This document shows positions 17,782-25,615 of a stretch of 64,000 bases of DNA, one piece after another. The position numbers and the translations under genes are program-made. The notes beneath the pieces were generated by a model that searched no databases, was not told the origin of the DNA, and saw only the letters and a program-made list of their open reading frames with translations. Numbering within the stretch: position 1 is the stretch's first letter; every line of letters starts with the position of its first letter. The DNA is from Planctomycetota bacterium (lineage in GTDB: Bacteria > Planctomycetota > UBA1135 > UBA2386). The stretch spans positions 2,240,001-2,304,000 of the forward strand of contig OZ245006.1 of the NCBI GenBank assembly GCA_965223545.1, written 5' to 3'.

Positions 17782-19814
17782 GCCGAGTAGCCGCGGGGGG
17801 TTGCCCCCCCGCAGCTCTCACAGAACCGGACTTGTGGGTCACACATCCGGCTCTTCAGGACGGTATCCCCCAAAGGGGCCGCCAGTCGTAACGGCGCTCG
17901 TCCCAGAGCTTGGAAAGCGACACCAGCCGCTCAGCAAACCACTGATTGGGATAAGCGCGTTTGATCGCTCCCGAGTTGCTCTGCCACCACGTGCCACGCC
18001 GGCCAAACGCGGTGCGTGCAGCCGACTGCCAGCTGCACCCACGGGCGACAAGGTCTCGGAAGAGGTATCGCGGTCTCTTCTTCTGCCGAATGATGATCGC
18101 CCGCAGGCGTCGTCGAATATGGCCATCGAGATTCCGCAAGGTCCGCCACGCGGCCTTCGTGATCAGCTTGAAGTAGCCGATCCAACCACGGAGGTAACGG
18201 TTCAGTCGTTCGATGCACCAGGACAGCCGACCACCCCAGGACCGCGGCGTAAGCTCACGGATTCGGGCGTCGATGCGATCCAGAGTGCGACGGGACAACT
18301 GCACCGTCAGCCAGCCCTTTCGAGTTGCGCCTACGCGAAACCCGAGGAAGTGCCGGCGATGGGCCAGGTCGACGGAACTCTTCGCTTCGTTCACTTTCAG
18401 TCGCACGCGACGTTCGATGAACCTGCGAATCGAAGCCATGACCCGGTGTCCTGAGCGCTCGCTACCGACGTAGATATTGCAGTCGTCGGCGTAGCGCACA
18501 AAACGCAACCCGCGTCGTTCCAACTCCCAGTCCAGTTCGTCCAGGACGATGTTGGACAGCAGAGGTGATAGCGGGCCGCCCTGGGGCGTTCCTTCTTCCG
18601 TGATGACGCGGGTGCCATCTGGAAGAACCACGTTCGCTTTCAGCATCAGGCGGATGATCCGCAGCACCCGACGGTCCTTCACCTTCTGAGCCAGCCGGTC
18701 CAGGAGGCGTTGGTGATGGACACGGTCGAAGAACTTCTCCAAATCGATGTCCACCGTGTACCGCCGACCCTGCTTCACGTAACCCGCTGCTTCGGCGATC
18801 GCTGTGTGGGCTCCCCGCCTCGGCCGGAAGCCGTGGCTGCTGTCGTGGAACGTCGGGTCGTAGATCGGCTCCAGAATCTGGCGCACGGCCTGTTGGACCC
18901 AGCGGTCGATCACGGTTGGAATCCCGAGACCCCGCTGCCCACCACTGGGCTTCGGGATCCACACCCGACGAATATCGCCGGGCGCGTAGGTCTCCATGAG
19001 CAGAGCATCGCGGAGTTTCGGGAGCAGGTGTTTCGCATGACGCTTGACCTCTGACACCGTCTGTCCGTCGACGCCCGGGGCGCCCTTCTTGCTTACGACA
19101 TGTGCCAGTGCGCTTCGCAGGTTGCCCTGCTCCGCGACCAGCTCCAGCAGATGGCAGTAGCCGTCCGCTGGCGGTGGAGCCGATTCCGATCGATGGCTGC
19201 AATCCGTCGTAGGCACCGACGTGGACTTCGTGGCAGATTCGTCTGCCCTTCCGGCCACGCCGTCCCCTTGCGGGCTCTCGGCGAAAGCGAACTGCAGTTG
19301 CCGTGGTTTCGGCTTTCTCATCCTGTCACCCCCTTCGCTCCACCGGCATTACCCGGCTTCATCACTACTACGGGGTGATCCGACTTCGCTGCATGCCTTG
19401 GTGGGTCGTCGTTGCCTCCTCCCCACCTACCGCTCGAAGCGGACACACAGAGATCTCCCTGGGTAAGAACGCAGAGTTTCGCGCCGCCGCCGGTTCCAGT
19501 ACTCCGAGGTCGCGACTGGATATCGGGCGTCACGTTGGATGGCACGCTGACCCAGACCTCGAGAGCCTTACGGAACTTCGCTTTCGCTCGGTGCTGCGCT
19601 GCGTCTAGGGCTTCCATCCCACACGACCTCGCGGGAACAGCACGGCACGGTGTCCGTCCTGTTCTGGCATCCCGGATCAACACCGCGCACCGCCCTCTCG
19701 GACGGCACACGGCTCCCCTTTCTGCCTCGTGCAGCTGCCTTCGACTCATGGTTTCCTCCAGTACGGATCCATAAAGAACTTTCATCTTCAACTCTGCGCC
19801 CATGCCAGGCGCAA
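17782..19814 (-). mobile_element. Group II intron copy 2 (inverted), 2033 nt
   Basis: Reverse complement of copy 1 with at least 3 substitutions (15800/19388, 16013/19175, 17297/17891); junctions GGCGTCGATG|TTGCG...CTCGGC|GTGGCGG on the minus strand. Confidence 0.93.
17855..19321 (-). CDS. ltrA: Group II intron reverse transcriptase/maturase, protein identical to copy 1
   Basis: Same 488-aa translation in the ORF track. Confidence 0.96.
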   Translation of the reverse strand: MRKPKPRQLQFAFAESPQGDGVAGRADESATKSTSVPTTDCSHRSESAPPPADGYCHLLELVAEQGNLRSALAHVVSKKGAPGVDGQTVSEVKRHAKHLLPKLRDALLMETYAPGDIRRVWIPKPSGGQRGLGIPTVIDRWVQQAVRQILEPIYDPTFHDSSHGFRPRRGAHTAIAEAAGYVKQGRRYTVDIDLEKFFDRVHHQRLLDRLAQKVKDRRVLRIIRLMLKANVVLPDGTRVITEEGTPQGGPLSPLLSNIVLDELDWELERRGLRFVRYADDCNIYVGSERSGHRVMASIRRFIERRVRLKVNEAKSSVDLAHRRHFLGFRVGATRKGWLTVQLSRRTLDRIDARIRELTPRSWGGRLSWCIERLNRYLRGWIGYFKLITKAAWRTLRNLDGHIRRRLRAIIIRQKKRPRYLFRDLVARGCSWQSAARTAFGRRGTWWQSNSGAIKRAYPNQWFAERLVSLSKLWDERRYDWRPLWGIPS

Positions 19815-20093
19815 CATCGACGCCGGTCCAAGACGAGGCACAAGGTGCGACCGACGCCGATGGTGACGGAGCTGCGGGCGGCGGTCCTGTTCGTGGTGCG
19901 TAGATGTGCCGCTTGGAGTGAAGGTCGCGGACTCAAGAGAGCGGGTTTCGTCACGGAGTGGTGCGCACTCGCCTCAGTTCTGGAGTCGAGATTGTTGGGA
20001 GCAGGGTAGCGTGCGATTCGCCCGGCCGCTTTCGCAGATTCCTTGTCGGATTCTTGCATGTTGACTTCCACTTGAGTAAGGTTGCTAATTCAA

Positions 20094-20792
20094 ATGACGA
20101 GCAAGGCAGTTGGATCCCGGCGCGGTGGCCGGCGCCGTGGGGTGGTGCAGGGTGAGCTGCCGTTTCGGCAGTGGGGTGGGGCTCGGGAGGGGGCTGGTCG
20201 GCCCAAGGTGAGTGATGAGACGGTGCCGCACTTGGCGCGGGGGGCGTTGGTGGCGCGGTATCCGTTGCACTTGACGGTGCGGTTGTGTCGGGGGTTGCCC
20301 GGTCTGCGGAATGCGCGGACGTACTGGATGTTGGTGGAGCGGATCCGGGCGGGGTGTGGGCGGTTCGGGTTTCGGTTGGTGGAGTTCTCGGTGCAGCGTG
20401 ATCACTTGCACCTCTTGGTCGAGGCGAAGGATCGGGAGGCGTTGACGCGGGGAATGACCGGGCTGTTGGTGCGGATGGCGCGGGGGTTGAACAAGCTGTG
20501 GGGGCGCTCGGGGCGGGTGTTTGCCGAGCGGTTTCACGAGCGGGTGCTGCGCTCGCCGACGGAGGTGCGGCGGGCGTTGGTGTATGTGCTGCAGAATGCT
20601 TGGCACCACCGGCAGCGGCCGCGGCAGCTGATCGACGTCTACTCGTCTGGGCCTTGGTTCGACGGGTGGCGCGAGGGGGTGGAGCTGTCGGAGCCGGTGG
20701 CGCGGCCGACGGTGCGGGCGCGGACCTGGCTGCTGAAGGGCGGGTGGCGGCGGTCGCGGGGGCGGTTGGACTTCCGCGAGCGGCCGGCTTGA
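20094..20792 (+). CDS. HUH/Y1 transposase, REP-associated tyrosine transposase (RAYT)-like
   Basis: PLHLTVR, EFSVQRDHLHLLVEA (HUH), GRVFAERFHERVL, YVLQN (catalytic Tyr), N-terminal WGGAREGAGRPK; no tnpB next to it. Confidence 0.85.
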   Translation: MTSKAVGSRRGGRRRGVVQGELPFRQWGGAREGAGRPKVSDETVPHLARGALVARYPLHLTVRLCRGLPGLRNARTYWMLVERIRAGCGRFGFRLVEFSVQRDHLHLLVEAKDREALTRGMTGLLVRMARGLNKLWGRSGRVFAERFHERVLRSPTEVRRALVYVLQNAWHHRQRPRQLIDVYSSGPWFDGWREGVELSEPVARPTVRARTWLLKGGWRRSRGRLDFRERPA

Positions 20793-20856
20793 GGGCGCGC
20801 GGCGGTGTGGGGCCGCGCGGGGAAGCGAGAAAAACGAGTGCGACTCCGTACTTTCG

Positions 20857-21525
20857 CTAGTCGACCCAGCGGTAGCCGACGCGGTGTACGGTGAGGAGGT
20901 GTGCGGGTTGGGTGGGGTCGCTCTCGATCTTCTTGCGGAGTTGGAAGACGTGGGTGTCGACCGTGCGGGTGGTGGGCATGGCGTGGTGGCCCCAGACTTC
21001 GCGCAGGAGGTCGGCACGGGCGAAGGTGCGGCCGGCGTTGCGCATCAGGAAGCCGAGGAGCTCGGCTTCCTTCGCGGACAGCGCGTGCTCGCGACCGGCG
21101 CGCCGGACGGTGTGGCCGGCGAGGTCGATCTCGGCGCTGCCGGCGGTCACCGGACCGGGCGCGGCACCGGTGCGGCGCAGCACGGCTTCGATGCGGGCTT
21201 CGAGCTCGCGCACGCTGAATGGCTTGACCAAATAGTCGTCCGCCCCGCTGCGCAGGCCGAGCACGCGCTGGTCTTCCTCGCCGCGGGCGGTCAACACCAC
21301 CACCGGCGTCCGGTCACCGCGGCGGCGCAGCGCGCGCAGCACGGTCACTCCGTCGCCGTCGGGTAGCGCCAGATCCAACAGCACGACGGTGTAGGACGCG
21401 GCACCCAGACGCGCTTCGGCCTCGGCCACCGTCGCGGCGGCGTCGACCAGCGCGCCGTGCGCCAAAAAGTAATCGACCAGGCTGTCGCGGATGCCGGCCT
21501 CGTCCTCGACGACCAACAACCGCAT
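20857..21525 (-). CDS. OmpR/PhoB-family response regulator
   Basis: MRLLVVEDE, LLDLALPDGDG, LTARGEEDQRVLGL, GADDYLVKPF, TRTVDTHV, TVHRVGY. Confidence 0.94.
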   Translation of the reverse strand: MRLLVVEDEAGIRDSLVDYFLAHGALVDAAATVAEAEARLGAASYTVVLLDLALPDGDGVTVLRALRRRGDRTPVVVLTARGEEDQRVLGLRSGADDYLVKPFSVRELEARIEAVLRRTGAAPGPVTAGSAEIDLAGHTVRRAGREHALSAKEAELLGFLMRNAGRTFARADLLREVWGHHAMPTTRTVDTHVFQLRKKIESDPTQPAHLLTVHRVGYRWVD

Positions 21526-23294
21526 CACGCACCTCGCTCCGCCGGGAGCCGCAGGGTGAACACCGCACCGCCGCCCTCGCGATCCTCGACCTCGACTTGT
21601 CCACCGTGTTGGCGGGCCGCGCTCTGCACCAAGGCCAACCCCAGACCACTGCCCGAGATCGAGGACGGGGCGGTGCTGCCCCGCTGAAACGGCACGAACA
21701 CACGCTCGCGCTCGCCGGTCGGAATCCCCGGCCCGCGGTCGGCCACCGTCAGCCGCAGCTCGCCATCGCGCAGCTCGGCGCGCACGTCGATCGCGCTGCC
21801 CGCGGGGCAGTACTTGGCGGCGTTCTCGAGCAAATTGCGCAGCGCGCGCGCCAGCACCTCGGCGTCGGCGTGCACGGCGGGAAGGTCGCGCGGAACTTGC
21901 AGCGAAAGCCGCTGCCCGGCGAGGCGCGTGGCGTCGCGCGCGGCGCGCACTCCGCGCGCCACCAGGGTGCGGACCGGCACGGGCTGCGCCGCGGGGACGG
22001 CGATCCGCTCGGCGCGGGCAGCGTCCAGGACGCGTTCGACCAGCGTCGCCAGGCGCTGCACGTCGCCGTGCACGCTGCGGTGGTAGTCGGCCTGCTTGGC
22101 CGGGGACACCACGCCCTGTGCCAGCATCTCGGTGCGCAACGACAGCGCCGCGAGCGGCGTGCGCAGCTCGTGCGAAACCAGGTCGAGCAGCTCGGCGCGG
22201 GCGCGCGACGCGCGCACCTCGCGGCGCACGACCCGCACCAAGAGGCCATTGCCCAGCACGAAGGCCAGGCCCGCCGCCAGCAGCAGTGCGCCCTGCAGCT
22301 GGCCCCACCGTTCGCTCGCCGGGACGCCGTCCGGCCGCACGCCGACAACCCGGTTGCCGGGCTGCACCGCGCGCAACGCGACCGCGCCGGAGGAGCTGTC
22401 GAACGTGAAGCCGAGGTGCTGGGGTGCGACGCCTGCGATGCACTCGCCCCAGACGCGCTCGACGCGCGCCGACGACCACACGTCCCACCGACGGTCCTCG
22501 CGCGGCACGAGCAGGGAGCCGTCGGGCAACATGCGCGGAACCTGCGGCGGCTGAAGCTCGCCGCGGTCGAACGCGCCCGCGACCCGCGCCGCGGCGGCCA
22601 GATCGGCGACGGCGACGGGATCCGGCGGCGGTGCCAGCTCCTCGAGCGCGGCGATGCCGGCGAGTGTGGCCGCCGCACCGAGTCGAAGACGGACCTGCGC
22701 GAGGTCCGTCCACAGCTCTTGGGCTGCGCTGTCATCGCCCGCCGCAGCCGCCCACTCGGCACGCAGCAGCGCCGCCGCGAACTTGGCCGACACCCCAGCC
22801 TCGGTGGCAGGCCGCAAACCACGCAGCGCATCGACGACCGAGTGCGCGCGCTCTCGATCACCGACCTGCCACAGGCACCGCGCCCAGGCGATGTGGCCGC
22901 GCACCCCGAGCCCGTCCTGCGCCACAGCGTGCGCGAAGAACGGCAACGCCGCCGCCGCGTCCTCGACCATCGTCGCCATCGCGATCCGCGCGGCGGCGCC
23001 GTCGGAAGCGGGTGTCGAAACGGCGATGAATGGTGCCCAGGCGCCATCGCCGCGCCGCAGCGCAACTCCCCCACCCTCGCCCACCGACTGCTCCCACCGA
23101 CGCGCCACCGCAGCCACGGCGGACTCGGCGCGCCGGCGCTCGTCGGCGCGTAGCTGTTCGACTTGACCACCGAACGCGGTCCACGCCCACGCGCCGAGGA
23201 TCACCGCGGGCGCTGCCAACACGGCGGCCGCCGCGCGCCAAAGCCGGCGAGGCGCACCCGAGCTGCGCGTGAGTGTCGACGTGGCGTGGGTCAT
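21525..23294 (-). CDS. Membrane sensor histidine kinase
   Basis: SHELRTPL, NLLENAAKY, DRGPGI, GSGLGL; two transmembrane segments. Confidence 0.92.
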   Translation of the reverse strand: MTHATSTLTRSSGAPRRLWRAAAAVLAAPAVILGAWAWTAFGGQVEQLRADERRRAESAVAAVARRWEQSVGEGGGVALRRGDGAWAPFIAVSTPASDGAAARIAMATMVEDAAAALPFFAHAVAQDGLGVRGHIAWARCLWQVGDRERAHSVVDALRGLRPATEAGVSAKFAAALLRAEWAAAAGDDSAAQELWTDLAQVRLRLGAAATLAGIAALEELAPPPDPVAVADLAAAARVAGAFDRGELQPPQVPRMLPDGSLLVPREDRRWDVWSSARVERVWGECIAGVAPQHLGFTFDSSSGAVALRAVQPGNRVVGVRPDGVPASERWGQLQGALLLAAGLAFVLGNGLLVRVVRREVRASRARAELLDLVSHELRTPLAALSLRTEMLAQGVVSPAKQADYHRSVHGDVQRLATLVERVLDAARAERIAVPAAQPVPVRTLVARGVRAARDATRLAGQRLSLQVPRDLPAVHADAEVLARALRNLLENAAKYCPAGSAIDVRAELRDGELRLTVADRGPGIPTGERERVFVPFQRGSTAPSSISGSGLGLALVQSAARQHGGQVEVEDREGGGAVFTLRLPAERGA

Positions 23295-23347
23295 GGGATG
23301 CCGCTTGGGACTACCGGTGCCCATACATATTGCACGGCACCGCGACT

Positions 23348-23404
23348 TTGTCAGGGAGGTGTCAATCCCGGCGGCGAGGAGCGGCCTTGACGCCGCCCTG
23401 ACAA
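23348..23404. promoter_or_regulatory. Inverted pair of OmpR/PhoB-type tandem boxes (TGTCA-N6-(T/C)GTCA)
   Basis: TTGTCAGGGAGGTGTCAA (23348-23365) and TTGACGCCGCCCTGACAA (23387-23404) are reverse complements at 16 of 18 positions. Confidence 0.6.
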
Positions 23405-23460
23405 CTCGGCGGCGACACCGGGCGAAAAGAACACCGACGCCACTGAACCCGGAGGCCCAA

Positions 23461-25593
23461 ATGACCGACAACAACACTCCCCGCCACCATCTCTCCACGC
23501 TGGCCGCCGTCGTGCTCGGCGTCGTCGGCGGTGCTCTCACCGCCCAGGACCCCGACGTCGAACAGGCACAGCGCGTGCTGTCCGGTGCCGCGGAACCGCG
23601 CGGCAACGCCGAGCAGGAGCCCGCGCCCCTGCGCGAGCTCATCGGCAGACTGGACGGGTCGGGCGGCGACGTCGCGATGGGCGAGCTCAGGCGGCTCGGA
23701 GCCCTCGCGGTCCCCGCCCTGCTCGACGCGCTGGGTTACTTCGAAGCCTACGGCATCCACCGCGCGGCCACGGTGCTCGCCAACCAGGGCGCGGAAGCTC
23801 AGGCCGTGCGCCGCCTCGCACGCCGCGACGATCAGGTCGCGCAAGTCGCCGCGCTCGAGCTGATGAACTCCACCGACGACCCCTCGTGTGGCGCAGCCCT
23901 GCTCGACAGCAAGCACGCTGCCATCCGCGTGCGAGCAGCGCTCGCCTTGGCCTCCGCGGGAGGACACCTCGAACGCGCGCAGGCGATCGCCAAAGACGCG
24001 CTGTCCGACCCCGACTTGGCGGAGACGGCGGTGGCGACGCTGGCACACGCGATCCCCGCGCATGCGCAAGCGCAAGCCGACGCGACGCTCGACCTTCTCG
24101 AGCGCGACACGCCAGAGCTTGCCAAAGCGTTCTGTCAGCACGCGGTCTACGCCAAGAAGCCATGGCCACGCCCCATCGAAACGCGCCTCCGCGACGGCGA
24201 CGACCGCGCGCTCGATCTCGCCGTCGAGTTGGGGCTTCCGATCCCGCGAGAGTCCATGCAGACACTGCTGTGGCGACACGTCGACGAGAACGGCATCGAC
24301 AAGCACCCAGCCCGGGCGAGCGCGCTGCTGGCCGCGACCGAAGCAATGCACCCGCTGCCCGACTTCGCCCTCGAGGCACTGGGGCGCGCGATCCACACCG
24401 ACCTCGGCTCGATGGCTCTCGCGATCCTGGAGGAGCGGGCGCCCGACCGCCTCGCCGCCATGACCCCCGACCTCATCTACGGCGAAACCGCCAAGGAGTG
24501 GCTGCGCGAACACGCCGGCCCCGACCACGCGCGCTACGCGGCGCGCGGTCTCAAGCGCGAATGGGAGGAGTGGCTCGAGTGGGTCGTCACGCACCGCAGC
24601 GACGGCTCCAACCTGCAGGACATCCTCGTCCTCGTCGAGAACCCGATCCCCTACGGGCGCCGCGACGATCTCCGCCGCACCGCGAACGGAGCCCTCGAAC
24701 GCTGGTTCGCATCCGAGCACGTCGCCGCCGCCGTGCAGGCGATCCCGAACATCGACGCGGAGGTCAGCAACACCATCCTGCGCCTGTGCGCGGAGCACGC
24801 CACCGAAGCAGCCGCTCCGGCGCTCGCCGACTGCCTTCAGCAAGCGCGAGAGCATTCTCCCGAGCTGAATCCGGACGACAACTCCGGCGCACCGCTCCCT
24901 CGACACAAATGGATCCAAGGGGTCGTCTCCGCCCTTGGAAGCGCCGGCGGACCACTCGCCGAAGCAGCGCTGTTGCCAATCCTCGAAGAGGACCATGTGC
25001 GGACTCACGCACTGAGGGTATTGCTCAAAATCACCGGCGACCGGGTCGCCTTGCTGCGACGAGTGTTGCAGCGGCCGGACGCACACGAGTTCCTATCCCT
25101 GGTCGCGGGAGCGCGCGAAGCCACGGCGGATGAAGAGATCCGGTCGGCGATGCTCGCCGTCCTGCGCGGCGTCCCCGACGAGTTGGATCCGGGGTGGGTC
25201 TTGCACGATTACCTCAACGAGATGCCAGCCGAACAACGCGTCGCCAGCGCCATCGAGCTGCTCGCCAACGGCGCCGAGACTCCACACCTCATCGCCAGCC
25301 TGGCCCTCGGGAAGCTCGCCGCGGCCCGCTCCGCCGATCACTGCGACGTCCTCCGCCCGATGCTCGCCCACCCTTCCGACCGCGTGCGGCGCGCGGCGAT
25401 CGAAGCCCTCGCCGCGAGCTTCGACCGCCGCACGGTCCCGCACCTGATGGCAGCCCTGCGTGACCCCGACGGCGACAACCGCCGCGTCGCGCAGCAGGCT
25501 CTGGGAGACCTCTACGAGTTCGAGTCGCGCACCGAGCACTGGAACGAAGTGTTCGGGCTCGGCGAGAAGACCGAGGGCGAGGGCAAGAAGTAG
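23461..25593 (+). CDS. Secreted HEAT-repeat protein
   Basis: Signal peptide ending GALTAQ; repeats such as HPSDRVRRAAIEALA and DPDGDNRRVAQQALG. Confidence 0.75.
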   Translation: MTDNNTPRHHLSTLAAVVLGVVGGALTAQDPDVEQAQRVLSGAAEPRGNAEQEPAPLRELIGRLDGSGGDVAMGELRRLGALAVPALLDALGYFEAYGIHRAATVLANQGAEAQAVRRLARRDDQVAQVAALELMNSTDDPSCGAALLDSKHAAIRVRAALALASAGGHLERAQAIAKDALSDPDLAETAVATLAHAIPAHAQAQADATLDLLERDTPELAKAFCQHAVYAKKPWPRPIETRLRDGDDRALDLAVELGLPIPRESMQTLLWRHVDENGIDKHPARASALLAATEAMHPLPDFALEALGRAIHTDLGSMALAILEERAPDRLAAMTPDLIYGETAKEWLREHAGPDHARYAARGLKREWEEWLEWVVTHRSDGSNLQDILVLVENPIPYGRRDDLRRTANGALERWFASEHVAAAVQAIPNIDAEVSNTILRLCAEHATEAAAPALADCLQQAREHSPELNPDDNSGAPLPRHKWIQGVVSALGSAGGPLAEAALLPILEEDHVRTHALRVLLKITGDRVALLRRVLQRPDAHEFLSLVAGAREATADEEIRSAMLAVLRGVPDELDPGWVLHDYLNEMPAEQRVASAIELLANGAETPHLIASLALGKLAAARSADHCDVLRPMLAHPSDRVRRAAIEALAASFDRRTVPHLMAALRDPDGDNRRVAQQALGDLYEFESRTEHWNEVFGLGEKTEGEGKK

Positions 25594-25615
25594 CGCGACC
25601 CCGCACCGCGCCCAC

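Larger units (their letters stand above)
15131..20015 (+). repeat. Tandem array of ~174-bp linker plus hairpin units (about 257-bp period), interrupted by two group II introns
   Basis: Linker CTGGAG(C)TCGAGGTGGTG...GGCCTCTGGATC(C/G)AGAGCTGCGGGCGGCGGTCC...GAAGGTCGCG...GCGCACTCGCCTCAG occurs at ~15140-15312, 17429-17602, 17686-17761 plus 19879-19979, and as a degenerate partial from ~19980. Confidence 0.9.

Noticed and set aside
15867..19321. Retron, DGR or defence-associated reverse transcriptase system
   Set aside because: The RTs have a maturase X domain, are embedded in recognisable intron DV/DVI RNA, and have precise exon junctions. No TR/VR pair or msr-msd was seen.
15374..19814. Assembly artefact producing the inverted duplicate
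   Set aside because: The copies differ at three or more positions and have different exons, each of which reconstitutes a coherent hairpin. Read-level confirmation is still advisable.
15131..20015. CRISPR array or integron cassette array as an explanation for the repeats
   Set aside because: The sequences between hairpins are homologous to each other rather than unique spacers or gene cassettes. There are no cas or intI genes and no GTTRRRY/RYYYAAC boxes.
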